Positions 10,218 through 19,209 of a stretch of 64,000 bases of DNA are shown in pieces. The notes under the pieces were generated by a model. It saw nothing but the letters and a program-made list of their open reading frames with translations, was not told where the DNA came from and searched no databases. Positions within the stretch are counted from its first letter, which is position 1. Every line of letters begins with the position of its first letter. The DNA is taken from assembly GCA_027021705.1 (NCBI GenBank), contig JALUTT010000108.1, positions 1 to 64,000 of the forward strand, given 5' to 3'. The stretch is from Anaerolineae bacterium. Its GTDB lineage: Bacteria; Chloroflexota; Anaerolineae; S140-20. The position numbers and the translations under genes were made by a program.

Positions 10218-12071
10218 ATGGCCACCAAGAGGGCCAGGAAAATCCAGACCATCGCCGCTCTACTCAGCTTTCTCCTCCCGCTGCTCTTGCTGCCATTTCT
10301 CTTTCGCATCCGCGATACCAGTTGGCGCACCAGCGGGCTGTCTGGCGTCCCGGTAGTGAACCTGGTTGCTGGACAGACCCAGGACCGGGTGATCTTCTAC
10401 GCTGCCAGCATCGGGGGGATCTACCGCAACGCCAGTGGGGAGTTGGTGTGGGAACCGGCGAACACGGGGTTGCCCCTGAATCCGCTGAAGGGGCTGACCA
10501 TCTCCGCCTTGGCCGTGGACCCCCACGATCCCCTGCGTGCCTATATCGCCGTCTCCTTGGCCCAGGGGAAGAGCGCCCTCTACCAGACGGCCGACGGTGG
10601 GGAATCCTGGTCCCGCCTGCCTTGGACCCCAGGGGAAGGCACGACGCGAGCGATCGCCATCTTCCCCGGCGATGGACGCACCCTCTACATCCTCCACGAG
10701 CGAAGCGTCTTCCGCAGTAACGACGCCGGCCTCACCTGGCGCTTTGCCAGCTTCATCCCCGAAGGGGTTGAAGCCCGTCATCTGCTCGTCTCCTACCAGA
10801 ACGCCGACCTCCTCTATCTGGCCTCTGCCAACGCCGGTGTTCTGCGCTCCACTGACGGGGCACAGTCTTGGCAAGCCATCAACGATGGGCTCCAGGATAG
10901 CGAGATCGTGCAGGTCGCCATCAGTCCCCTGAACCCCCAACGCCTCTACGTGGTCACCAAACGAGAGGTCTACCGCTCCGACGACGGCGGAGCGAGTTGG
11001 ATCCCTATCGGACAGCCTTCGGAGACGGCGGAGCTCACGACGATCGCCCTGGACCCTGAGCGTCCCGGCATCGTCTACCTAGGCACCTCTGACGGGCGGG
11101 TCCTGGTCACGACGAACGCCGGGCGGAGTTGGGTGGATATGGGGGGGACGCCCAACCGGGAGCCCATCTACGCCATCGCCCTGGCCCCCCGAGCCCAGGC
11201 CTCAGTGCACGTGGCAACGGCCGACGGCATCTGGAAGTACACGCTCTCCCTGCCGCCAGAGGCCACGCCGGCTCCACCGGCCATCGTCGCAGCGCCTACC
11301 GCAACGGCCACCGCGACGGCTACGGCCACGATGACGCCCCGCCCCACGGCCACGCAGACGCGAAGGGGAACTCCAGCTCCTTCAGCGACGCCGTTCCCAA
11401 CGGCGACTCCTACCTCAACGCCAACCCCCACCCCCACGCCCACACCGCTGCCGCCGCCGCCTACGGCCACACCGACACCGTCGCCCACCGCCACGGCGGT
11501 TCCGACGCCGTTGCCACCGCCACCCACAGCGACGCCGGTGCCTTCGCCGACCCCCACGCCTCGCCCGACGGTGGGGCCGACCGAGCCACCGTCGCCGACT
11601 CCCACCTTTACCAGCACGCCGTCACCGACCTGGACGCCTACGGTGACGCCGGGTGGACCTCGGCCAACGCCGCCTTCCTTCCCGACGGCCACCTTCACGC
11701 CGACGCCAACCCCCACCGCTACACCGTCCCTGACGCCCACGCCGTCGCCGTCGCCGACGGCGACCCCCACGCCGACGGCGACCCCAACGCCCACGCCGAC
11801 CCTAACGGCGACCCCCACGGCGACGTTGACAGCGACGGCAACGCCGACGCTCACGCCAACGCTTACCCTGACGCCGACCTTGACCTTGACGCCAACGCCG
11901 ACCCTGACCCAGACCGTGGGGCCTTCTCCCACGCCGACACCAACGCCGACGCCCACACCGACATCCACCCTGGCGGCGAATACGAATCCTCCCCCAGACC
12001 CTAACCCTACGCCGACGCCGACGCCATCCTCTACGCCCCAGGCGTCCCGGCCGGTATGGCGACGAGCCTAA
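10218..12071 (+). CDS. Membrane-anchored BNR/Asp-box beta-propeller protein with long Pro/Thr-rich tail
   Basis: N-terminal TM; repeated (S/T)xDGGxSW Asp-boxes; PT repeats at about 11270-12050. Confidence 0.8.
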   Translation: MATKRARKIQTIAALLSFLLPLLLLPFLFRIRDTSWRTSGLSGVPVVNLVAGQTQDRVIFYAASIGGIYRNASGELVWEPANTGLPLNPLKGLTISALAVDPHDPLRAYIAVSLAQGKSALYQTADGGESWSRLPWTPGEGTTRAIAIFPGDGRTLYILHERSVFRSNDAGLTWRFASFIPEGVEARHLLVSYQNADLLYLASANAGVLRSTDGAQSWQAINDGLQDSEIVQVAISPLNPQRLYVVTKREVYRSDDGGASWIPIGQPSETAELTTIALDPERPGIVYLGTSDGRVLVTTNAGRSWVDMGGTPNREPIYAIALAPRAQASVHVATADGIWKYTLSLPPEATPAPPAIVAAPTATATATATATMTPRPTATQTRRGTPAPSATPFPTATPTSTPTPTPTPTPLPPPPTATPTPSPTATAVPTPLPPPPTATPVPSPTPTPRPTVGPTEPPSPTPTFTSTPSPTWTPTVTPGGPRPTPPSFPTATFTPTPTPTATPSLTPTPSPSPTATPTPTATPTPTPTLTATPTATLTATATPTLTPTLTLTPTLTLTPTPTLTQTVGPSPTPTPTPTPTPTSTLAANTNPPPDPNPTPTPTPSSTPQASRPVWRRA

Positions 12072-12084
12072 AGGGTAAAGCGCA

Positions 12085-13725
12085 TTGCGTGAGTCCGAGA
12101 CCCGGGAACTTTTCCGAGAACTTCAGGCGATTGACTGGCCCGTCCGCTGGCTCCTGTGGGCGGGCGGCCTCTACATAGTCTGGGCGGCGCATCAGAGCTC
12201 CCTCCCTGTGGAAAGCTGGCCCGGCTTCCTCGTCTATGGCCTGCTGAACCTGGCCATCGTCCTGGCCTCCCGCCATTTCCAGACGCGCCCGGCCCCTCTG
12301 ATCGCCATCGTCTACATCGGGTACGTTGCCGATTTCCTCTTCGCCAGCCTGCTGATCTACTACACCGGTGGGATCAGCAGTCCGGTCTACCTCCTGTACG
12401 GTTTTCTTTCCATCAAGGCTGCGATCTTCTACCCCTATACCCACCCCCTCATCTTCATCCCCATCTTCACCTTCCCCATTTATCTGGCCACCCTTTTCCT
12501 CCAGACGGGGACCCTCGTCTTCCTGACCGAGCAGCTCTTCCTGTGGCGCTACACGCTGCTCCTCCTGGTCATCTTGGCGGTGCTCTACACCGCCTGGCAC
12601 CTGGACCACCGGCATCAACGCATCCGCGCCTTGTACGAGGAGGTGGACCGGCAACGGCGCGAACTGGGAGCCATCCTGCGCAGCATTGGGGACGGGGTGA
12701 TCGTGGTGGACCGGGAGATGCGCCTGCAGATGATCAACCCGGTTGCCGCTGCCGAGTGGGACCTAGAGGGCCTCCCTGTGGTGGGACGACCTCTGTCCCA
12801 ACTCCTGGGGGATGTAACGTTGGAGGGTGTTCTGAGAGAAGCGATGGAGGTAGGAGAGCAGGGAGGCATCGCCGAGGCCCTGATCACCGTCCCCTCCCGC
12901 CAACGGGGCAAAGTGGTGACCTACGAGGCGCTGGCCTCGGCCATCGTGCCCCGCCCCGGCGACCTCTGGGGGGCGGTCGTTGTGCTCCGCGACATCACCA
13001 AGCAGAAGGAAGCGGACCAACTGAAGTCCAACTTCCTCTCCGTCATCTCCCACGAGCTGCGGACGCCCTTGACCACCATACGAGGATACGTGGAGTACCT
13101 CCTGATGGAGGGAGCCGGCCCCCTCGACGGCTTTATGCGCCGGAGTCTGGAGACGGTCTTCCGTCAGACGGAGCACCTGCAGGGGATGATCAACGACCTG
13201 CTGGAGTTCGCCCAGATGGAGGCGGAGCAGGTAGGTCTCTTCCCGGAAGACGTCCCGCTCAACGAACTGATCACCGATGTGGTGGAGCGGATCAGCCCGC
13301 TGGCGAAGGAAGCCGATATGGAGCTGACCTGGGAGGTCCCTGCCGAGCCTCTGATCGTCCGGGCCGATGCGATACGCCTGCGCCAGGTGCTGGTCAATCT
13401 CCTGGACAACGCGCTGAAGTTCACACCGGCCGGGGGCCAGATTCGCGTTCAGGTGGAGCGCCGTCCGATGGAAGTGCTCATCTCGGTGAACGATACCGGG
13501 CCGGGCATCCCGCCGGCCGAGCGGGAGCGCATCTTCGAGCGCTTCTACCAGATAGACAACTCCTCCACCCGTGCCCATTCGGGCACGGGCCTGGGGCTGG
13601 CCATCTGCCGCCAGATCGTCGAACTTCACCACGGACGGATCTGGGTGGAGGAAGGAGACGGTGGCGTGGGCAGCCGCTTCTGCTTCACCATCCCCTGTGA
13701 CCCGGTGTCACCATCGCCCGTTTGA
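12085..13725 (+). CDS. Membrane sensor histidine kinase (multi-TM, PAS, HisKA, HATPase)
   Basis: ISHELRTPL, NLLDNALKF, DTGPG, GTGLGL; hydrophobic N-terminus. Confidence 0.92.
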   Translation: MRESETRELFRELQAIDWPVRWLLWAGGLYIVWAAHQSSLPVESWPGFLVYGLLNLAIVLASRHFQTRPAPLIAIVYIGYVADFLFASLLIYYTGGISSPVYLLYGFLSIKAAIFYPYTHPLIFIPIFTFPIYLATLFLQTGTLVFLTEQLFLWRYTLLLLVILAVLYTAWHLDHRHQRIRALYEEVDRQRRELGAILRSIGDGVIVVDREMRLQMINPVAAAEWDLEGLPVVGRPLSQLLGDVTLEGVLREAMEVGEQGGIAEALITVPSRQRGKVVTYEALASAIVPRPGDLWGAVVVLRDITKQKEADQLKSNFLSVISHELRTPLTTIRGYVEYLLMEGAGPLDGFMRRSLETVFRQTEHLQGMINDLLEFAQMEAEQVGLFPEDVPLNELITDVVERISPLAKEADMELTWEVPAEPLIVRADAIRLRQVLVNLLDNALKFTPAGGQIRVQVERRPMEVLISVNDTGPGIPPAERERIFERFYQIDNSSTRAHSGTGLGLAICRQIVELHHGRIWVEEGDGGVGSRFCFTIPCDPVSPSPV

Positions 13726-13811
13726 TGGAGCCACCTCGGCCTGATCCAAGGGCTGTCCGGCTTGTACCCCTTGCCAGGCCAACGTGGGCGCAAAGCCCCT
13801 GCCGAAGCGCT

Positions 13812-16550
13812 TCAGGGCGTGGACTTCCCTCCCCAATCCTGCTCGGGCAAAGATGCTTTCAACCGCTGCTGCCAACGGTTGAGGGCCACCAGCGCCTCCA
13901 CCGGCGTCGTGTTGCCGATGTCCAGCGCCAGCATCTCCCGGACGACGGCCCAGACGGCTGCGTCGTCCGTCGGCACCAGCAACTCCCCCGCCTCCAGGTC
14001 GGTCAGGTAGATTGCCTCCTTCTCCCGGAGCGGTGCCGGCTGAACCGCCGCCGCCTTCCCGGCTTCCTGCTGCAACCTCACCCGCTCGCCCTGCAGCCGT
14101 TCCAGCACCTCTAGCGCCCGCTCGACCACCCGCTCCGGCAGCCCCGCCAGTCGCGCCACCTGGATGCCGAAGCTCCGGTCGGTCCCGCCCGGCACCAGCC
14201 GCCGCAGGAAGATCACCCGGTCCCCCTGTTCCCGGACGGCCAGGCTGTAGTTGCGGGCTCCCTCCAGGTGGTCCGCCAACTCCGTCAGTTCGTGGAAGTG
14301 GGTGGCGAAGAGGGTCCGCGCCCCGATCCGGTCGTGTAGCTCCTCGGCCACCGCCCAGGCCAGTCCCAGCCCGTCGTAGGTGCTCGTCCCCCGCCCCACC
14401 TCGTCCAGCACGACCAGGCTGCGGGCGGTGGCGTGGTGCAGGATGTAGCTGGTCTCGCTCATCTCCACCAGGAAGGTGGAGCGCCCTTGGGCGATGTCGT
14501 CGCTGGCCCCGGCCCGGACGAAGATGCGGTCGGCCAGGCCGACGTGGGCCGAAGCGGCCGGCACAAAGCTCCCCATCTGGGCCATCAGGACGATGAGGGC
14601 CACCTGGCGGATGTAGACGCTCTTCCCCGCCATGTTCGGGCCGGTGATGATCAGCAGCCGGTTGGCCTCCCCGTCCAGGAGGGTGTCGTTGGGGACGAAG
14701 CGCTCCCCCTCCGGCAGCGTCCGCTCGACGACGGGGTGGCGGCCCTCCCGGACCTCGATCCGCGTCCCCCCGTCCACCGTGGGGCGGATGTAGCCGTAGC
14801 GGGCAGCAGCCTCGGCCAGGGAGGCCAGGGCGTCCAGTTCCGCCAGCCGACGGGCGACCTGGGTGAGCCGGTCGGCGTGGGCGGCCACCCGGCGGCGCAC
14901 CTGGACGAAGAGGTCGTACTCCAGCTCCTTGGCCCGTTCCTCGGCGGCCAGGATCTCCGCCTCCCGCTCCTTCAGGGCCGGCGTGATGAAGCGCTCGGCG
15001 TGGGTGATGGTCGCCCGCCGCTCGTACTCGGGCGGCACCTTGCTCAGGTGGCTGCGGGTCACTTCGATGAAGAAACCGAAGACCTCGTTGTACTTGATCC
15101 GCAGGTTGGGGATGCCCGTTCGCTCCCGCTCCTGGGCCTCGTAGGCCGCCAGCCAGTCCCGCCCCTGGGCCGCCGTCCGGCGCAGGGCGTCCAGCTCGGG
15201 GTGATAGCCGGCCCGGATCAGCCCGCCCTCGCGGACGAGGATGGGCGGGTGCTCGACGATGGCCTGGGTGATGAGGCGGGAGACCTCGGGCAGCGGCTCC
15301 AGCCCCTCCAACAGCGCCCGGAGGTGGGGGGCGACCTGCCGGCCCTCCAGGAGCTTCTGCAGGCGGGGGATGCGGGCCAGGGCCCGGCGTAGAGCGACCA
15401 GGTCGCGGGCGTTGGCGTTGCCGAAGCCGATCCGCCCTACCAGCCGCTCCAGGTCGTGCAGCCCGTCCAGCAGCTCCCGCAGGTCGGCCCGCAGGAGGGG
15501 ATCGTCCACCAGCGAGGCGACGGCCCCCTGCCGGGCCTCGATGGCCTCCAGGTCCAGGAGGGGCTGGTGGATCCAGCGGCGGAGGAGCCGCCCGCCCATC
15601 GCCGTCTTCGTGAAGTCCAGGACGTGGAAGAGGCTCCCCTCGGTCCGGCCCTCCCGCAGCGTCTCGGTCAGCTCCAGGTTGCGGCGGGTGGTGGCGTCCA
15701 GGTGCATAAAGCGGGCGACGTCGTAGAAGCTGAGGCGGCGCAGGTGGGCCAGCTCGGAGAGTTGGTTCGCCTTCAGGTAGTGGAGGGTAGCGCCCGCGGC
15801 GGCCAGGGCCAGGGGGTGACCGTCCAAACCGTAGGCCTCCAGCGAGGCGACGCCGAAGTGATCCCGCAGCCGTTGGGCAGCCAGGTCCGGGTCGAAGTCG
15901 GCGGCGGGCAGGGAGGAGAGGCGGACGGGATGGGCCTCCTGGAGCCAAGGGGGGGAGGTCTCGGCTTCGGAGGCCGGCCCCTCCGAGGAAGCCCAGGGCT
16001 CCGGCAGGAGGAGCTCGCTGGGCCGGAGGCGGCCCAGCTCCTCGCGCAAGTGGGTGTCGGCCTCGGGACCGGTCATCTCGGTGGCGGTGAACTCACCGGT
16101 GGAGAGGTCCACGGCGGCCAGGCCATAGGCCCGCCCCCGGCGGGGGTCCTCCCGCAGGGCGATGGCGACCAGGTAGTTGGCCCCCTTCTCGGGCAGGAGC
16201 GTCTCCTCGACGACGGTGCCCGGGGTGATGACGCGGACGACCTCCCGGCGCACCAGCCGGCGCCCCTTGCCCGGCTTCTCCATCTGCTCGGCGATGACGA
16301 CCTTGTACCCCTTCTCCAGGAGCCGGGCGACGGCGTTGGTCACGGAGCGGTAGGGGACGCCGCACATCGGGAGCCGGATCGTCTTGGAGAAGCGACGGCG
16401 GGTGAGGACCAGCCCCAGTTCGCGGGCAGCGATGCGGGCGTCTTCTTCGAAGAGCTCGTAGAAGTCGCCCAGGCGGAAGAGGAGCAGTGCGTCCGGGTAG
16501 CGGGCTTTCAGCGTCCGGTATTGGCGGAGCATCGGGGGTTGTTGGGTCAT
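13812..16550 (-). CDS. mutS: DNA mismatch repair protein MutS
   Basis: PMLRQY, LFRLGDFYELF, ITGPNMAGKS, STFLVEM, LDEVGRGTST, FATHFHEL. Confidence 0.97.
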   Translation of the reverse strand: MTQQPPMLRQYRTLKARYPDALLLFRLGDFYELFEEDARIAARELGLVLTRRRFSKTIRLPMCGVPYRSVTNAVARLLEKGYKVVIAEQMEKPGKGRRLVRREVVRVITPGTVVEETLLPEKGANYLVAIALREDPRRGRAYGLAAVDLSTGEFTATEMTGPEADTHLREELGRLRPSELLLPEPWASSEGPASEAETSPPWLQEAHPVRLSSLPAADFDPDLAAQRLRDHFGVASLEAYGLDGHPLALAAAGATLHYLKANQLSELAHLRRLSFYDVARFMHLDATTRRNLELTETLREGRTEGSLFHVLDFTKTAMGGRLLRRWIHQPLLDLEAIEARQGAVASLVDDPLLRADLRELLDGLHDLERLVGRIGFGNANARDLVALRRALARIPRLQKLLEGRQVAPHLRALLEGLEPLPEVSRLITQAIVEHPPILVREGGLIRAGYHPELDALRRTAAQGRDWLAAYEAQERERTGIPNLRIKYNEVFGFFIEVTRSHLSKVPPEYERRATITHAERFITPALKEREAEILAAEERAKELEYDLFVQVRRRVAAHADRLTQVARRLAELDALASLAEAAARYGYIRPTVDGGTRIEVREGRHPVVERTLPEGERFVPNDTLLDGEANRLLIITGPNMAGKSVYIRQVALIVLMAQMGSFVPAASAHVGLADRIFVRAGASDDIAQGRSTFLVEMSETSYILHHATARSLVVLDEVGRGTSTYDGLGLAWAVAEELHDRIGARTLFATHFHELTELADHLEGARNYSLAVREQGDRVIFLRRLVPGGTDRSFGIQVARLAGLPERVVERALEVLERLQGERVRLQQEAGKAAAVQPAPLREKEAIYLTDLEAGELLVPTDDAAVWAVVREMLALDIGNTTPVEALVALNRWQQRLKASLPEQDWGGKSTP

Positions 16551-16575
16551 AGCACGCGATCACCGTGAACGGGAA

Positions 16576-17274
16576 TCACGGATGGAGCCAGAGGAGGGCG
16601 ACGAGGAACAGGGCGAGGCCGACGGCCAAGGCCAGCCCGTCCACCACCCGCAGCCGGTAGTCGTACAGGAAGGTGCGCCCCGGCCGGCCGAACCCCCGCG
16701 CCTCCATCGCCTCGGCCAGGTCGTCGGCCATCTGGAAGGCTTGTATGAGGAGGGGAGCCATCAGGGCCGGGTAGTGGCGCAGGGCAGCGAGGCCGGGCTC
16801 CAAGGGGATGCCCCGGGAGCGTTGGGCGTCGAAGATGTTCTGGGCCTTGCGGCCGAGGACGGGCACGAACTGGAGCGCGGCGCTGAGGACGAAGGCGACT
16901 TCGTAGGGGAGGCCGCTCTTGACCAGCGCGTTGCCCAGGTCCTCCGGCGGCGTGGTGCGGAAGAAGAGGAAGAAGGTGGAGGTCAGGGCCGCCAGCCGCA
17001 GGCCGGCCATCACGGCAGTGGGCAGGTCGAAAGCGAGCAGGGCGATGAGGAACCAGGAGGCGGTCATCACCGCAACCAAGCGCAGCCAGCGCAGGTAGGC
17101 CCGTCCCTCCCCGGCGACCAGGATAGCCAGGAGCAAGAGGCCCAGTTCCACCAGCAGCCCCTCCTGTCGGTGGGTGGCGACGATGAGCGTCCCGTAGAGG
17201 AGGGTCAAGATCAGGCGGGTGCGGGGGTCTATCCTCCGGCGCTTACCGAACATCGCCTGTTGGAGGGTAGCCAT
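16576..17274 (-). CDS. ecfT: ECF transporter transmembrane component T (CbiQ/EcfT family)
   Basis: IDPRTRL; twin motifs AQRSRG and AMEARG; hydrophobic. Confidence 0.88.
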   Translation of the reverse strand: MATLQQAMFGKRRRIDPRTRLILTLLYGTLIVATHRQEGLLVELGLLLLAILVAGEGRAYLRWLRLVAVMTASWFLIALLAFDLPTAVMAGLRLAALTSTFFLFFRTTPPEDLGNALVKSGLPYEVAFVLSAALQFVPVLGRKAQNIFDAQRSRGIPLEPGLAALRHYPALMAPLLIQAFQMADDLAEAMEARGFGRPGRTFLYDYRLRVVDGLALAVGLALFLVALLWLHP

Positions 17275-17292
17275 CTCTCCTCCCCCCCCTTC

Positions 17293-18411
17293 TCAGCCTT
17301 CCTCGTCGTCCTCCCCTTCCTCCCCGTCCTCCGGCTCCGGGCCCTCCTGGGCTTCCTCATCCACCGGCGGCAGGTGCTCCTTCAGTTGCTGCTGCCAGTA
17401 CTCCCGGTCGTACACCGTCTCGTGGCGCAGCTCGTCCAGGTAGTCCGATAGCTGCCGTCTTTCCATGTCGAGCCGGAAGGCCAGGTCGGCAGCCCGGTAG
17501 CCGATCTGGGTCACCAGGCGCTCTATGGATGCTTTGTCCCCCAAGCCCTCCTCCAGGGCGTGCTGGATCGAGAACCGCACGCCCCGCCGGAACCCTTCCG
17601 CCGGCGTTGGCGCGTCCACGATCGCCTTCGCCTCCCTGTACAGCCGCAACCAGGTCTCGACCTCGGTCTCCGGGACCTCCAGAGCCTCGGCGATCTCCTC
17701 GTGGCTCCACTCCTCCTCGATGGCTTGTTCCAGGATCTCCACGCTCTCGGGCATCAACCACTCAAACCGGATGTTCCCGATGCCCAGGTGATCGGCGTAG
17801 TACTCGTAGCTGTAGCCGTACAGTTCGGCGGCCAGCATCTGCTCCCGGGTCAGCCGGGGCGCTTCGGATTCTTCCCAAAGCTCGGATGCCGGCAGACGGG
17901 CGACAAGTTCGTCTTCCCCCGGAGAGGTGGTCCGGTACAGCCACACGCTGCCCGCTTCCACTTCCTCACGCAGGTAGGCGATGATCGGTTCACGCATCGC
18001 CCGCCAGGGAATGGATTGCAGCCGTTCGAGCGCTTCGAAGAGGGGAACGAACTCGGCGTCCAAAATCAGGTGGTCAGGGTCCGCCGGCCTCAGGGAGCCC
18101 ATCCACTCCTCGACTTCAAAGACGAAGGTGAGGGAGCGATACCTCTCAAAGGGCTGATCGAGCTGAACGACGTAGGCCAGCCGTTTAGGTTCCTCGAACA
18201 GGAGGCCGGTCTCCTCGTAGACCTCACGGGCGAGGGCTTCGGTCAGCAGCTCCCATCCTTTGGCAAGACCACCGGGCAGCGCCCAGGAGACGGAGGAGGT
18301 CTCAGGATCCCGTTGACGGACCAGCAGCACCGAGGAGTCCTGCCGGATCACCGCTGCGACCACCAGATGTTGTGACCGCTGGAGTAGGTCTTCTGATCGT
18401 TGGGGCATCAT
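17293..18411 (-). CDS. NUDIX hydrolase fused to an uncharacterised acidic helical domain
   Basis: Nudix box GGLAKGWELLTEALAREVYEETGL; start placed at ATG 18411 because the longer ORF runs through a repeat element. Confidence 0.8.
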   Translation of the reverse strand: MMPQRSEDLLQRSQHLVVAAVIRQDSSVLLVRQRDPETSSVSWALPGGLAKGWELLTEALAREVYEETGLLFEEPKRLAYVVQLDQPFERYRSLTFVFEVEEWMGSLRPADPDHLILDAEFVPLFEALERLQSIPWRAMREPIIAYLREEVEAGSVWLYRTTSPGEDELVARLPASELWEESEAPRLTREQMLAAELYGYSYEYYADHLGIGNIRFEWLMPESVEILEQAIEEEWSHEEIAEALEVPETEVETWLRLYREAKAIVDAPTPAEGFRRGVRFSIQHALEEGLGDKASIERLVTQIGYRAADLAFRLDMERRQLSDYLDELRHETVYDREYWQQQLKEHLPPVDEEAQEGPEPEDGEEGEDDEEG

Positions 18412-18449
18412 AGGCAAACTCACTTTCTGGCTTTGCGGAGGATACAAGG

Positions 18450-18623
18450 CACGAAGACCACAAAGGGCACCAAGATCACGAAGGCCACCAAGGAAGGGAA
18501 AGGGAAAACAGCCCTTTGTGCCCTTCGTGCTCGTCGTGTGCTTGGTGACCAGACCCAGCACCGCCTGTTCACGGCAGTCTGAGCCACAAAGGGCACCAAG
18601 GCCACGAAGACCACCAAGGGTGA
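18450..18623. repeat. 126-bp-period palindromic repeat (family A), left copy, built from 9-bp CACNAAGNN units
   Basis: caaagggcaccaag at 18461 and 18587; opposing arm gccctttgtgcccttcgtgctcgtcgtgtgcttggtg; near-identical to 23846-24183. Confidence 0.9.
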
Positions 18624-18629
18624 CCATCA

Positions 18630-18685
18630 GAATCACTGACGGTTCTGAGGGCGCTGAGAGAAGACGCTTCTTGGTGCCCTCTTCC
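18630..18685. repeat. Short palindromic repeat (family B), left copy
   Basis: 20-bp core cgctgagagaagacgcttct at 18652-18671 is identical to 23787-23806. Confidence 0.75.
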
Positions 18686-18712
18686 CGGATGATGGTTAGG
18701 GCAATCGCCCCA

Positions 18713-18741
18713 ATCATATCACGAAGGGGTGATTCTGACAA
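18713..18741 (-). promoter_or_regulatory. Sigma70-type promoter for the NUDIX-ecfT-mutS genes
   Basis: TTGTCA-17bp-TATGAT (with TG extension) on the minus strand. Confidence 0.6.
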
Positions 18742-18930
18742 GATTGGGAGTTGGTTGGCATAGAACCTTTCAAGACTCGAACGGAAGCCTTCGCCCCCCA
18801 CCCGGCCCGCCCAGGGCGGGCTACCTTTCTCGCCTTCCCGTCGGCGGGAGCGGAGGAAGGGATGGGAAAGGGATGAAGGGAAGTCCATTCTCCCCCCACC
18901 GGTGGGCAACCACCCACCGGTGGGGCCTCA

Positions 18931-19060
18931 AGTTTCTCGCAGTTTTTCGCGGATTTTTGAAGTCCTCCGCAGTTTGTCGCAGTTTTTCCGGGGATCTCGA
19001 ACCGGTGTTACGTAATTCGCAGAAAGTCCGTAGTTCTCCGCAGTTTTTCCGGGGTATAAT
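18931..19060 (+). promoter_or_regulatory. 10-bp-phased CGCAGTT direct-repeat array ending at a TATAAT -10
   Basis: AGTT at 18931, 18941, 18971, 18981, 19032, 19042 (agtc 18961); TATAAT 19055-19060. Confidence 0.65.
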
Positions 19061-19209
19061 AGGGAGGACCGTCGGGTCGGTTCGTGCTTGTCCTTTGGTA
19101 ACACCCCTTCCCTACGGCCAAGGCGTAAAGATCGCGGGAGGTCCCCTCGGCCTCTGTTGTGCTTCGACGGTGAAGGGAGTACCAAGCGTTTCACGAAGGA
19201 GGCATCGGT

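Noticed and set aside
11168..11968. Val/Gly-repeat ORFs (also 2656-3327)
   Set aside because: They are antisense readings of Pro/Thr repeats.
13708..15948. Long alternative-frame and antisense ORFs (746 aa here; also 19234-22530, 5823-7367, 12156-13700, 26288-27718)
   Set aside because: They are shadows of real high-GC genes, with no recognisable domain motifs.
18412..18909. N-terminal extension of the 538-aa NUDIX ORF and the small ORFs at 23832-24330
   Set aside because: They are translations of repeats whose 9-bp and 126-bp periods keep frames open; a promoter-like sequence lies inside the extension.
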